Sequence record: PZ154896.1
Source: a phage
Reading direction: 5' to 3' (one strand)
DNA: 64,000 nt
Under the pieces are notes generated by a model. The model was not told where the DNA came from, made no database searches, and saw only the letters and a list, made by a program, of their open reading frames with translations. Both the position numbers and the translations under genes were made by a program. This document shows, in pieces, positions 34,011-43,718 of this stretch. Every line of letters begins with the position of its first letter. Position 1 is the first letter of the stretch.

Positions 34011-34043
34011 AAAAATAAATTAAAGGCCTAACTTAATAGGCCC
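34011..34043 (-). terminator. rho-independent terminator after ndd (GGCCTA-loop-TAGGCC + U-rich tail)
   Basis: 6-bp stem 34025-34030/34037-34042 followed on minus strand by UUUAAUUUAUUUUU. Confidence 0.55.
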
Positions 34044-34050
34044 GTATAAA

Positions 34051-34497
34051 TTAGTAACTCTGCAGAATGAATTTGAAATTATCAGCCAGAAGACGGTTCA
34101 TTTCAGTGAGTGTTTGATATTCTGATGTATGGTTGCGAGTGAATGCCAGAGCCAATTGACCTTTACCATAACCAGTGGTCAGTGGTTTCATGTTCTTAGC
34201 TGCAACAAAGATTACATCATATTCAATATTGTTAGTGCCCATAGTACGGGCTAATTGCGAACGGCCTTGACGAATGTGAGAAAGAATTGCATCCAACCCT
34301 TGTTTAGAACGTTGACGTCCTACAAAGAATCGTGCTGCTACTTGACGCCAATCGGATGAACCTTTAACAAAGAAGTAAAAACCTTCACGAGAACGAAACT
34401 CTTTAGAAACTTCAGAACCGTATTCGCCATTACGAACTACTGCAACAACTTCACCGCCAACTGCCAGAAGGTCTTTACGAGTTAAATATTTGGACAT
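34051..34497 (-). CDS. ndd: nucleoid disruption protein Ndd
   Basis: 148 aa; conserved block [31 protein letters not shown]...[32 protein letters not shown] matches T4 Ndd. Confidence 0.85.
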   Translation of the reverse strand: MSKYLTRKDLLAVGGEVVAVVRNGEYGSEVSKEFRSREGFYFFVKGSSDWRQVAARFFVGRQRSKQGLDAILSHIRQGRSQLARTMGTNNIEYDVIFVAAKNMKPLTTGYGKGQLALAFTRNHTSEYQTLTEMNRLLADNFKFILQSY

Positions 34498-34573
34498 GTT
34501 AATTTCCTCAATTGATTAATGTTTTTGTAATCCATGAGAGCATTATACTCTGCTCTCAAGAGTTTGTACAATT

Positions 34574-34774
34574 TTATTCGGCTATATCAGAACGCTCAAA
34601 AAGCTCTTCAACAGTTAAACATTCAGTGTCATCTTCAATAAAGAATCGAGTCCAACACGTTGGGGCGATACAGTTATGGGTTTGTCCGGCGATAGAAGCT
34701 ACACGAATAAGCTGCTGACCATTATTCAGAACAAATTTTTCACCAATTTCAACATCTTTAAAAAGCTTAGCCAT
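34574..34774 (-). CDS. hypothetical protein (66 aa)
   Basis: ORF track; own promoter upstream. Confidence 0.4.
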   Translation of the reverse strand: MAKLFKDVEIGEKFVLNNGQQLIRVASIAGQTHNCIAPTCWTRFFIEDDTECLTVEELFERSDIAE

Positions 34775-34834
34775 TTTGTGTTCCTCATGTTTCAGTAGGA
34801 CTACTATACCATAATCCTACCTTGTTGTAAACAA

Positions 34835-34945
34835 TTAAATTACATTAAAATATGTTAAAGCCAACCATGATCCAGTGAACGAACATGCGATGTAAAAACC
34901 CGTATCACAAATTGTTCTTAGTACAATAATAAGTGCATTTTTCAT
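34835..34945 (-). CDS. tiny hydrophobic peptide (36 aa)
   Basis: Manual translation MKNALIIVLRTICDTGFYIACSFTGSWLALTYFNVI; ATGA start/stop overlap with preceding tiny ORF. Confidence 0.3.
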   Translation of the reverse strand: MKNALIIVLRTICDTGFYIACSFTGSWLALTYFNVI

Positions 34946-35028
34946 AAGTACCTCAATACAATTGAAAATACTATACAAATCATAGGGATACTAAGAAACC
35001 ATATTCCGATCCACATTTTAGAGCTCAT
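34942..35028 (-). CDS. tiny hydrophobic peptide (28 aa)
   Basis: Manual translation MSSKMWIGIWFLSIPMICIVFSIVLRYL; ATGA overlap with stop of ORF 35025..35288. Confidence 0.3.
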   Translation of the reverse strand: MSSKMWIGIWFLSIPMICIVFSIVLRYL

Positions 35029-35288
35029 ATCTCAACTTCCGCGAGTTCCATATATCCTTTGTTGATAACCTCTTTAAGGTCTTTAGAAAGAATAACACTA
35101 AAATGGTCGTTCATATGTCCATTAACCAGACGAGTTATTTCGGCTTCAGATGACATATAAGGCACGTCTGAGTCCCAATGAGATAGACCCAAATGGGTAT
35201 AAATCATCCCTTCGTCATCTGCAGTGTTGTACATTGAAACAAATTCGCCTGTTACTTTATGTTTTGCGTAGAAAAATTTAAATTTCAT
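35025..35288 (-). CDS. hypothetical protein (87 aa; denB.1-position)
   Basis: ORF track. Confidence 0.45.
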   Translation of the reverse strand: MKFKFFYAKHKVTGEFVSMYNTADDEGMIYTHLGLSHWDSDVPYMSSEAEITRLVNGHMNDHFSVILSKDLKEVINKGYMELAEVEI

Positions 35289-35356
35289 GATGTTATCCTC
35301 TTTTAGATAGGACTACTATATCATAGTCCTACTTAGTTGTAAACACTTTTATGAAA

Positions 35357-35914
35357 TTAAAGTTGAAGATACCACCCGTTGTAGTTGCTCTTGCGGACGA
35401 TTTTCTTTAGGTCTTCATGGTCTCCCACGAACTTTATAGAATAAGAGAAGACGTCAGGTGAGGTTTCTTTGACATCTAATATAATAATGCAATCTGCGAC
35501 TCGATGGTTCAAGAAGGGCCCTATGTTGATTCCGTTGCCACCTGGATAATCACCACTGTATCCTGTGGTAACAGAAATCCATTTAGAATCTATCTGGTGT
35601 GTCTTGACTTCTACACGAATTCCACAATACTTGGGGTGGGCTAACACGTCCCATGCATACGTGTACGGGTCTTCTACGTCTTCAATACCTTTATTAACAT
35701 ATCCGTCTAGCCAATTTGCTACTACATACTCTGCAAAGACCGCAACCTTACAACGTCGAACTACATCTTCTTTGTTTTGGTCAGGATTTTGGCTCAGGGA
35801 ATACCGAGCAGTGTCAGCAATCTTCACCTTCATTTCACTAGTCAAAAACTCATTCGACAGGATAAATGTCGGAAGATTCTTCAGTCTCAACAGTCCCAAG
35901 TTCGTCTTTACCAT
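35357..35914 (-). CDS. denB: endonuclease IV (cytosine-DNA specific ssDNA endonuclease), start revised
   Basis: Internal ATG at 35912-35914 with GAGGT RBS gives 185 aa (T4 DenB length); T4 position downstream of rIIB. Confidence 0.6.
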   Translation of the reverse strand: MVKTNLGLLRLKNLPTFILSNEFLTSEMKVKIADTARYSLSQNPDQNKEDVVRRCKVAVFAEYVVANWLDGYVNKGIEDVEDPYTYAWDVLAHPKYCGIRVEVKTHQIDSKWISVTTGYSGDYPGGNGINIGPFLNHRVADCIIILDVKETSPDVFSYSIKFVGDHEDLKKIVRKSNYNGWYLQL

Positions 35915-36137
35915 AGATACCTCTGATGTGTAGTTCGCCAAAATAAATGCGGTCACCTTCTTCAAGATATTCTGCATCTACAGGCGGAATTTCAATAACA
36001 ACTTCGTCGCATTCTAACCACCCGTAGTGTGCATCGCCAGGATGTTTTACCAATTTAGCGCAATAAACTGATTTACACTTATGATGACCACGAAGATTAG
36101 CAATTTTGGATTCTGATACGTCAAATGGATGAATCAT
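35850..36137 (-). CDS. hypothetical protein (95 aa, MIHPFDVSESKIANLRGHHKCK...)
   Basis: Track ORF 35850..36176 begins with TTG inside the rIIB terminator; first ATG at 36135-36137 has AGGGG RBS; 3' end overlaps denB start by ~65 nt in another frame. Confidence 0.4.
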   Translation of the reverse strand: MIHPFDVSESKIANLRGHHKCKSVYCAKLVKHPGDAHYGWLECDEVVIEIPPVDAEYLEEGDRIYFGELHIRGIYGKDELGTVETEESSDIYPVE

Positions 36138-36151
36138 AATTACCCCTAAAG

Positions 36152-36174
36152 AAAAAAAGGGGACCAAAGTCCCC
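36152..36174 (-). terminator. rho-independent terminator after rIIB (GGGGAC-tttg-GTCCCC + U7)
   Basis: Perfect 6-bp GC stem and seven-U tract on minus strand, 6 nt after rIIB stop. Confidence 0.8.
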
Positions 36175-36179
36175 AATTA

Positions 36180-37127
36180 TTATTCTACAAATAATTCAGT
36201 AACGTCTGAAATTACTTCATAACGACAAGTACGCATCTTAGCATCACCATAGTCAACTGGGATAGATACAACATCACGTGGATGAACTTTAACCTTAACA
36301 ACTTTATCTGAGCTAGAACCAAAGTAACGAATATACGATTTAGCGCAAACATGTAGACCACGGGAGCAGGTTTGTGTATCATCATCGTTAACACGAGTAC
36401 GAGGCATTGAAACAACTTTACCAGGCGAGTTATCAAATGTGCCGCTATAGCAATCTAAATAGTCCTTACGAACTACTTTCCATGCGTAGAAATGTCCATC
36501 TTCAGTGATTTCAATATCGTTTGCAACCAAGAAGTCGAATAAACGTTGTACAGCTTTTTCGCTTGGGTTTTCTAACAGGTTTTCAAGGAACGGCAGATAG
36601 AATTTAAAGTCTTCGCCTTTTTCCATAGAATCAATAATACGATTAACCAGGCCAGAACGAATCTCTATACCTTGATAAAATAAACTACCACCTTCAATAA
36701 CAACATTACCGTCAACAAACTTACTAATAGCTTTCTTGATGTTAATAAGTTCGACAGCTTTACTAAGGTTTCCTGCGACCAGATTAGCTTTAATTTCTTC
36801 AAAATTTGCATGACTTGATGGAGTCGCATTGTATGCTACGCGTCCTTCAATAATTGAAATAAATTTAGATGACGCGTTCCATACGATTTCAGGACGATGT
36901 CCGCCGATAATAGGTTCATCATTTTCTGGAACTTCTTCGATTACATAAGAGGCATCGTTTGCTTCAGGGACAACGCCTTCTGCTTTAAAATTCTTAACAA
37001 TCTTACGAAGAGTATCTGTTGAAATGTCGAAGTAATCGGCAATTTCTTTACGAGTCCATTTGCCTGATTCAACCAGGCCGTAAGCTTCTAACTGTTCTTC
37101 TTGGGACAAGCATTTAATATTGTACAT
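36180..37127 (-). CDS. rIIB: rIIB protein
   Basis: 315 aa; very strong match to T4 rIIB, C-terminal half almost identical (YFYAWKVVR...VVSMPRTRVNDDDTQTCSRGLHVC). Confidence 0.93.
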   Translation of the reverse strand: MYNIKCLSQEEQLEAYGLVESGKWTRKEIADYFDISTDTLRKIVKNFKAEGVVPEANDASYVIEEVPENDEPIIGGHRPEIVWNASSKFISIIEGRVAYNATPSSHANFEEIKANLVAGNLSKAVELINIKKAISKFVDGNVVIEGGSLFYQGIEIRSGLVNRIIDSMEKGEDFKFYLPFLENLLENPSEKAVQRLFDFLVANDIEITEDGHFYAWKVVRKDYLDCYSGTFDNSPGKVVSMPRTRVNDDDTQTCSRGLHVCAKSYIRYFGSSSDKVVKVKVHPRDVVSIPVDYGDAKMRTCRYEVISDVTELFVE

Positions 37128-37136
37128 AATGTTTCC

Positions 37137-39350
37137 TTATTTGGCCGCTTCCACGGCCTTCATGAATTTAACGATTTGAGCGACCTGTTCTTTGGAAAGA
37201 GTACCACGTCGTCCCATGTATTCTGACACAATATGATAATTGGTTTCGAATTCAATAACCATTTTATCATCATTATCGTAAGCATTATCTTTAAGCTTAT
37301 CGAAAATTTTAGCACACAATTCTAACTTCCTGTTCAGGTCTCTGTTATCAGCACCTGCGAATCGATTCCATCCCCAACGATTATTTACTGTTGAAAGTTT
37401 TGCAAAGTCTTTACTGATTTCTTTGTTCTTAGAGCTAAAATACTTACTAAGGAAGTTAAGCTCTTCATTACGAGTAATATGATTCAAATAAGGCTGGGCT
37501 CTACGACTTGGTGATACATACTCATCATAATCCACTTTATCAATTAGCATAATATAGTCATTAATTGATTTTTCAAACAAACATTCTACTTCACCAAGTT
37601 TACGAACTTTCTTAGCAATCTGTGGACGGACTACAGTGAACTCTTTAATACCTGACAAATCAGCAATACGAGTCAAGAAACTAGAATCATAGTTCAACCA
37701 ACCTTTATTTGCGTCAAGACATTCAGCGTTAAAACGATTACGAATTACAACATAACCTTGGATTTCATCAGCTTTACCGGCCGGAATAAAGAGATCTTCT
37801 GATACCCAAACATCGTTTTCATTCTTAAAGAATCGATGAGCACTTGGCGATTTAGGACGAGGCTCATTAGTCCGTTTCCTGACTTCAATCCATGGCTTAA
37901 CGATTTGTAAAAGCTCTGAAGTCTTGTACATGTTAATGTTGTCGCCATCAAAGATAACTTTAAGGCGTTCCAGAAGTTTCATTGCATCTTCGTCTGTAGG
38001 GTCAACGAATAGTACGCTTTTACCAAAACCGCGTGGAACTTTACCGGTTAATTTAACCTCGTCTTTAGACATTTCAATTGAATTAAGAGCTCGCATTAAT
38101 GGAACGCGTCCCTTAACGTCGTCAATAACAATTTCAACATTTTTAATGTTAATGCCAATCAGACTGTTAATTGAAATGGTTGCCGTTGAGCTACCGCTTT
38201 CACGAATACGACGAAGACGAGGGGATTCAACGATATCGTATACGACACCAAGATTACACCACTCAGGCCCCATTTTAAAACGTTTGTACAACTCGGAATA
38301 AGTTAGTTGTTCTTTAGAGTATTTCAGTGATTCAATATTAGACCCAGCCTTTTCCATGTATTTACGAGCGGTATAGCCAAGAGAATCAATTTCACGGAAC
38401 ACATGACGTGGGTATTTACAATCAATCCATTTCTTAGAATCTTCAGCGAACAATTTAGCATCGATTTCTGCAACGCGTTTATGGATATTTGCTACTGTAC
38501 GTTTATCAAATGACAATGCTTCACGAGACGGGGCTACATCTAGTTCACCCATAGGGAATTTAATATAAGCTGTAGTGCATCGCGTCATCATCCATGTTTG
38601 TTCTTTAATAACACTTCCGATTGGATATACAATACCACCATAAACAGCCATGATATTACCACGTTCACCCCATGGAGCTTCCTTGGCCAAATATACATCA
38701 TCGAATTCCGGGAAGTATTTGATATCTTTAACACCACGAACTTCTGCAATATCGCCGAGAGGACGCATAACATAAGCAATTTCGGATGCGAACTTTTCAA
38801 AATCTTCTGGGTTAACAGGCACAACTACTTCAACGCCGGTCCGGTCATCAGGACCCATCTTATCTACGAAGGTTGGCTTAATTTGTGGGCCTGTGTCATC
38901 TTGGTAGATTACGTAACCACGAACTTCACCATTGTGATAAGAAGTAAGGTTAAACGTATCAGTATATGCTAATGGAGCTTTAGAGCCGAGCCCGAATCCA
39001 CCAATGAAATCGTTACTCGATGTTTTAGTTGAAGCAAAATATGAGTTATAGATTCCTGGCTCTTCGTCATTACCTCGAATGGTGAAATCACTCATACCAG
39101 GACCAAAGTCTCGAACTACAAAACGTGGGTCTAAACGACCTGGAGCCTGAACAATAAACTTATCAGTGCAACCATTAAGAATTTGGCCATCGATACAGTT
39201 TGTGATTAATTCACGTACACAAGCCAATTCTTTGTTTGTATAAAGGTCATTAGACAAAATCTTATAAACTTTGCTATTGCCTTGAATAGTAAATGCCGTG
39301 CTCTTACCGCCTGAACCAATAATCGTTTCTTTAGCCGTTTCAATAATCAT
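37137..39350 (-). CDS. rIIA: rIIA protein
   Basis: 737 aa; T4 rIIA length and position immediately upstream of rIIB. Confidence 0.9.
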   Translation of the reverse strand: MIIETAKETIIGSGGKSTAFTIQGNSKVYKILSNDLYTNKELACVRELITNCIDGQILNGCTDKFIVQAPGRLDPRFVVRDFGPGMSDFTIRGNDEEPGIYNSYFASTKTSSNDFIGGFGLGSKAPLAYTDTFNLTSYHNGEVRGYVIYQDDTGPQIKPTFVDKMGPDDRTGVEVVVPVNPEDFEKFASEIAYVMRPLGDIAEVRGVKDIKYFPEFDDVYLAKEAPWGERGNIMAVYGGIVYPIGSVIKEQTWMMTRCTTAYIKFPMGELDVAPSREALSFDKRTVANIHKRVAEIDAKLFAEDSKKWIDCKYPRHVFREIDSLGYTARKYMEKAGSNIESLKYSKEQLTYSELYKRFKMGPEWCNLGVVYDIVESPRLRRIRESGSSTATISINSLIGINIKNVEIVIDDVKGRVPLMRALNSIEMSKDEVKLTGKVPRGFGKSVLFVDPTDEDAMKLLERLKVIFDGDNINMYKTSELLQIVKPWIEVRKRTNEPRPKSPSAHRFFKNENDVWVSEDLFIPAGKADEIQGYVVIRNRFNAECLDANKGWLNYDSSFLTRIADLSGIKEFTVVRPQIAKKVRKLGEVECLFEKSINDYIMLIDKVDYDEYVSPSRRAQPYLNHITRNEELNFLSKYFSSKNKEISKDFAKLSTVNNRWGWNRFAGADNRDLNRKLELCAKIFDKLKDNAYDNDDKMVIEFETNYHIVSEYMGRRGTLSKEQVAQIVKFMKAVEAAK

Positions 39351-39362
39351 ATTTTTCTCTCA

Positions 39363-39563
39363 TCACAAGTTACGTTTAAAAATTTCTGCCACTTCAAGAA
39401 GTTCTTCTTTAGTAGCTGTATCGGTTTGTATTTTATATCGAATTTCTTTAAAGCGTTCTTTAAAAGACTCTGCCGACTCGATATCAAAAAATCTTTGGAT
39501 AAGCCGGAATTCCCGGAGCACAGCTTTATCAAAAAGTTCCAAGTCCACGTTATATGTTCTCAT
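39363..39563 (-). CDS. rIIA.1: hypothetical protein (66 aa; rIIA.1-position)
   Basis: ORF track; directly upstream of rIIA. Confidence 0.5.
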   Translation of the reverse strand: MRTYNVDLELFDKAVLREFRLIQRFFDIESAESFKERFKEIRYKIQTDTATKEELLEVAEIFKRNL

Positions 39564-39655
39564 AATATTCTCTTCAGTAGATTCCTAGGGCACTATTACT
39601 AAAGACCATATAATCTATCATCTTATGTGTAATAGTGCCTCAGGCTATTCAGGAT

Positions 39656-40756
39656 TTACGCTGTGAAGATTTTATCCCACATCGCAACAACTGCATCTCG
39701 GTTATACTTCTTCCATACTGCTTCAGCACGTTTAACTCGAGCTTCGTATGTGTCAGTGAATTCTAATACAGCTTTTGTGTAAAGCGCAACTACTTCTTTC
39801 TTAGGAGTAGAGGAATCAATTTCTACACGCACAGTATCTGGGTCGTATTCAAATGTCGCATGAGGATAATCCTTAAAAACTAACTGGATTACAGGGACAC
39901 CTTTAGAGATGGCTTCAATAGAACTATTCTCTACTGTACCTGTGTCAGGACAAGTATTAATAAGTGCTTTAGCTGTTTTAAGACGTTCCATGATTTCACT
40001 GTGTGGGGCATCAATAATAACAGGATATTTAGATGGTGGTGCCCATTTGCTTGGACAGTATCCTACACCATTTTCGCCTAGTGCTTTAATCGCTTCAAGA
40101 GCAACATCAGTACGACGCATTTTAGTGTCATAACGTTGTGCACTAATAATCAGATCAGTCGCCGGAAGAACTTCAGGTTTCTCATTCAAACAAATAACCG
40201 GATAATCTTCGGCTTCAAACAACGGATTTGCTCGCCAATAATCATAATCAATTTTGTCAGTCAGACCTGAAGTCATATGGCAATATTTACGTTCAAATTC
40301 ACGGAAGGCTTTAGTAGGAGCATAACTCTTACCACCATTCTTATGAATTTGAATAGTCTGGTCCCAAATTTGAACAATGCCACGAGATACTGGTTCAAAT
40401 GGTGTTGCCATAAAATTCTTATGAACTTTAGAGAGACCTGCGTCTTTAATTGCCTGAACGGTTAGTTTAGTCGGTTCCATAGTAACAACAAAATCGTATT
40501 CATGGATGCCGGCTAGTTCAACAATCTTACGAGCCATAGTATAACTCATACCTAGACTGAATTTAGTCAGATGACCAACAGGATGGTGTGTAACTTTCCA
40601 GTCACCAAACGTGTCATTATCAAAGCCGATATAATCAATATCAGCACCGATGGACACAAGATATTTCAACACATTTAAATGTACTGCTTCAAGGCCACCT
40701 TGTACACGGTCAGGATTAAATGGGACTGCGCGAGATGGGATAAACATAACTTTCAT
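39656..40756 (-). CDS. GT-B fold glycosyltransferase (GT4-like)
   Basis: 366 aa; N-terminal RVQGGLEAVHLNVLKYL and C-terminal TGTVENSSIEAISKGVPVI motifs typical of retaining GT4 enzymes; sits between rIIA.1 and gene 39. Confidence 0.6.
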   Translation of the reverse strand: MKVMFIPSRAVPFNPDRVQGGLEAVHLNVLKYLVSIGADIDYIGFDNDTFGDWKVTHHPVGHLTKFSLGMSYTMARKIVELAGIHEYDFVVTMEPTKLTVQAIKDAGLSKVHKNFMATPFEPVSRGIVQIWDQTIQIHKNGGKSYAPTKAFREFERKYCHMTSGLTDKIDYDYWRANPLFEAEDYPVICLNEKPEVLPATDLIISAQRYDTKMRRTDVALEAIKALGENGVGYCPSKWAPPSKYPVIIDAPHSEIMERLKTAKALINTCPDTGTVENSSIEAISKGVPVIQLVFKDYPHATFEYDPDTVRVEIDSSTPKKEVVALYTKAVLEFTDTYEARVKRAEAVWKKYNRDAVVAMWDKIFTA

Positions 40757-40770
40757 AATTAAGCCTTATT

Positions 40771-40800
40771 AAAATTAAAATGAAGCTCCCGAAGGAGCTT
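40771..40800 (-). terminator. hairpin abutting gene 39 stop (AAGCTCC-ttcg-GGAGCTT + U-rich tail); terminator or mRNA-stability element
   Basis: 7-bp stem 40783-40800 directly after TAA, followed by UUUUAAUUUU. Confidence 0.5.
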
Positions 40801-42616
40801 AGGACATCCATTCTTTACGAAGTTCAGAATCATCACCCAACAACATTTCAAAGAGTTCTTTCCAATTTTCAGGAAGTTTAACTACGTCGTACACAGGGTT
40901 CTGAATCATTTCACGATATTCTGACTTTTCAAGGGAGCCCAATCCCTTGATGTATCGAATACTATGCTTAGGAAGTGTATCTTTAGCTTCTTCATACTCA
41001 GCTACAGTATAAAACCATTTTTGAGTTTTGCCAATTTGTGCAATAATTACAGGCGTTTTAACAAAGCGAATACGTCCTTGTTCAAACAATTCAGGCCAAT
41101 TACTAAAGAAAGCAAGCAAAGCCGGATAAATACTTCCAAGACCGTCATGATCGGCATCGGTCATAATTGCAATATTACGATAGTTCGTATTCTCTGCCTT
41201 TTCACCAAGAATAAGACCTGTGATAGCACAGATATCGAAGAGCTCTTTGTTCTTCATCATATCAGCATATGACATACCCCAGCTATTCATCACCTTACCA
41301 CGTAATGGGAATCCGCCGTGTAGTTCACGGTCACGAACATCAATGAGATAACCAATTGCCGAATCACCTTCTGTTAAAAACAATGTCGTATCTGCATCTT
41401 TACCACATTGGTTAGCTTTAATATGCTTATGAACCTTAGCTTTAGTTGCCTTTTTAGCTGCTTTAGTTTCTGCGGCCTTTTCTGCTGCCAATTTACGAGC
41501 TAATGCGGCTTCAACAATAGGCATAATCAAGGCTTCGTTTTTAAGAAGTGCCTGAGCAATTTTCTTAGCATCCAATTGGATATGATTACGAATATCACCA
41601 TACGTTGACGTTAAACGTTCTTTAGTCTGAGAATCAAAACGCATGTTGCTCATGTCTCTAATAAACATCAACATTGTGAGACATTCTTTAACACGAGCTT
41701 TAGTGACTTCAATACCCTTATATTTCTTTTTAATGCCGGGCAAAAGATGTTCGCAGATATCATCCATTACACATTCAACATGATGACCACCATTTTTAGT
41801 ATGGATGTTATTCACATAAGTTAAATGACGGAAGCCGTCTGGTGATGTTGTGAATGCTATAGAGACTTTATCATTTTCTTGAATGATGTTATCTTCACCA
41901 AATTGTTTAGCAAATCGTTTAAAATTACCATCAACCTTTTTACCATTAAATGTGAACTTGATATCAGGATAAACGACTGCCAATGTTTGAAGTCGGTCTA
42001 AAGTAATATCTAAATAAATTTGAGATAAATTATGCTCTTCAAATGAAGAGAAATCAGGAGTGAAGATTACTTTAGTGCCTTTACCTTTAGATTTCTTAGA
42101 AGACCATGATTTGTTTTCCATTCCGTTTGAACAGTTAACAGTGATTTCATTTTCGCCATCTGACGTGATGCCTGTAAACAACGTAGAGAAGATATTAGTT
42201 AAACTACTCCCGACGCCGTTCATACCACCAGTCTTACGTTCAGAGTCATCACCAAAGTTACCACCAGCCTTTGGAATAGTCCAGGCTGCTACAGGCCCAG
42301 GAATTTGTTCACCTGTTTGGTCGGTAACTAAACCTTGAGGAATACCACGTCCGTTATCTTCCACTGAGACTTGATTATTTTTAATTTGCACATCAATTTT
42401 ATTTGCAAACTTAAATGATGTACGAATAGCTTCATCAACCGAGTTGTCAATAATCTCATCGATTAATTTAACCAGACCAGGAACATATTCAACTTGTTGA
42501 TATTTACCAAACAAAAAACGCTCGTGGGCTTCTTTAGCCGAAGAACCAATATACATGCCACTGCGTTTCTTAATATGTTCTACATCTGACAATACCTTAA
42601 TTTCATTTTTAATCAT
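40799..42616 (-). CDS. 39: DNA topoisomerase II large (ATPase) subunit gp39, intact single ORF
   Basis: 605 aa; GHKL ATPase and TOPRIM motifs; no split into 39/60 and no bypass element. Confidence 0.9.
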   Translation of the reverse strand: MIKNEIKVLSDVEHIKKRSGMYIGSSAKEAHERFLFGKYQQVEYVPGLVKLIDEIIDNSVDEAIRTSFKFANKIDVQIKNNQVSVEDNGRGIPQGLVTDQTGEQIPGPVAAWTIPKAGGNFGDDSERKTGGMNGVGSSLTNIFSTLFTGITSDGENEITVNCSNGMENKSWSSKKSKGKGTKVIFTPDFSSFEEHNLSQIYLDITLDRLQTLAVVYPDIKFTFNGKKVDGNFKRFAKQFGEDNIIQENDKVSIAFTTSPDGFRHLTYVNNIHTKNGGHHVECVMDDICEHLLPGIKKKYKGIEVTKARVKECLTMLMFIRDMSNMRFDSQTKERLTSTYGDIRNHIQLDAKKIAQALLKNEALIMPIVEAALARKLAAEKAAETKAAKKATKAKVHKHIKANQCGKDADTTLFLTEGDSAIGYLIDVRDRELHGGFPLRGKVMNSWGMSYADMMKNKELFDICAITGLILGEKAENTNYRNIAIMTDADHDGLGSIYPALLAFFSNWPELFEQGRIRFVKTPVIIAQIGKTQKWFYTVAEYEEAKDTLPKHSIRYIKGLGSLEKSEYREMIQNPVYDVVKLPENWKELFEMLLGDDSELRKEWMS

Positions 42617-42635
42617 GTTGTCTCCTCGTTATGAA

Positions 42636-42666
42636 GGTATTCTATCATCCGAAATCTAAAGCAAAA
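42636..42666 (-). promoter_or_regulatory. MotA-dependent middle promoter for gene 39 (MotA box TTTGCTTTA, -10 TAGAAT)
   Basis: MotA box at 42656-42663 (minus) 12 bp upstream of TAGAAT at 42639-42644. Confidence 0.5.
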
Positions 42667-42680
42667 AGGGCCGAAGCCCT
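42662..42680 (-). terminator. rho-independent terminator (AGGGC-ttcg-GCCCT + UUUUU)
   Basis: Hairpin 42667-42680 immediately after stop of ORF 42680..43105. Confidence 0.65.
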
Positions 42681-43105
42681 TATTTAAATTTAATTTTCTG
42701 AAGTGCATCAATTGCAGCCAAACGCCCTTGTTCACTTTTAACTGTAATGACCACATCACCTGATACGATCACCGAACCATCAACAAATTCTACAGAGCCT
42801 TTTTTGAAATCGACAGATGTATCTGGTTCCGGAACTTCTTCAAAGAATTTAAATTCTGCACCATAAAGCAGAATATCACCTTGCATACTATGAATAGTTC
42901 GGCCATAATCACCTACGGCTTCTACAGCAATCACCGAAACGCCGTAACCAATCATCTCTTCCACAATAAAATCTTTGGACAATAAAGTAGTATGCAGATT
43001 AGTATTAAGACGTTTACCAGTCGTATTAAGAATTCTCAAGAAATTATCTTCCTGACCTTTGATAATACGATATTTCTTACCAACTTCAAAACCTTTAAAA
43101 GCCAT
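42680..43105 (-). CDS. hypothetical protein (141 aa; goF-position and T4 GoF length)
   Basis: ORF track; position upstream of gene 39; sequence identity to GoF not verifiable here. Confidence 0.45.
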   Translation of the reverse strand: MAFKGFEVGKKYRIIKGQEDNFLRILNTTGKRLNTNLHTTLLSKDFIVEEMIGYGVSVIAVEAVGDYGRTIHSMQGDILLYGAEFKFFEEVPEPDTSVDFKKGSVEFVDGSVIVSGDVVITVKSEQGRLAAIDALQKIKFK

Positions 43106-43107
43106 AA

Positions 43108-43287
43108 TTAACCCTTCTTAAGTAAGTCGTAAAAACCACCGTTCACATGTTTAGGAGCAGAAACCCGACGAGTAGACAGACGATGACATTCAGGGCAAAC
43201 ATCGTTTTCTCGTTCAGAAATTCTTTTAATTTTTTCATATTCATGACCGCAATCTTCAGATTGACATTTATAGTCGTATAACGGCAT
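43108..43287 (-). CDS. FmdB-family zinc-ribbon protein (59 aa)
   Basis: Manual translation MPLYDYKCQSEDCGHEYEKIKRISERENDVCPECHRLSTRR...; CxxC...CPxC zinc ribbon with MP.Y.YKC..CGH.(F/Y)E signature; below track cutoff. Confidence 0.6.
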   Translation of the reverse strand: MPLYDYKCQSEDCGHEYEKIKRISERENDVCPECHRLSTRRVSAPKHVNGGFYDLLKKG

Positions 43288-43289
43288 TA

Positions 43290-43718
43290 TTATTCCTTAA
43301 AATGTGCTTTCAACATTTGATACAAAGACCATGCCTGGTCGTTATTTTCGATAGTAATCGTCATCACCGGAAATTCAGACAATTCGTCAAGATCATCAGA
43401 ATCTTGCTCTTCGGACGCTAGATATGGATTTTCAACTTCGTCAAAGAACTCTGCTTCATTCGTGGAGAGCCAGATAAAGTTTTCATCAAGGATATCACCG
43501 CCTGTTGCGTATCCAACCGTGCCAGTAGATGTCACAATTTTAGTAGGACGACCAAGATGGTCAACATCTAATACTTTAAATGGTTCCATGCCAAGCCGTC
43601 GTGCATAAATCCCATTATCAGTGTGGTCTTTAATAAACTCTTCTTGGGCACGTTTATCTATAAATTGGTACCATGAGTTAACGCGGAATTTATTAGCCAT
43701 TAGTAAGTTTCCTTCCAA
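43290..43718 (-). CDS. hypothetical acidic protein (142 aa)
   Basis: ORF track. Confidence 0.45.
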   Translation of the reverse strand: MEGNLLMANKFRVNSWYQFIDKRAQEEFIKDHTDNGIYARRLGMEPFKVLDVDHLGRPTKIVTSTGTVGYATGGDILDENFIWLSTNEAEFFDEVENPYLASEEQDSDDLDELSEFPVMTITIENNDQAWSLYQMLKAHFKE

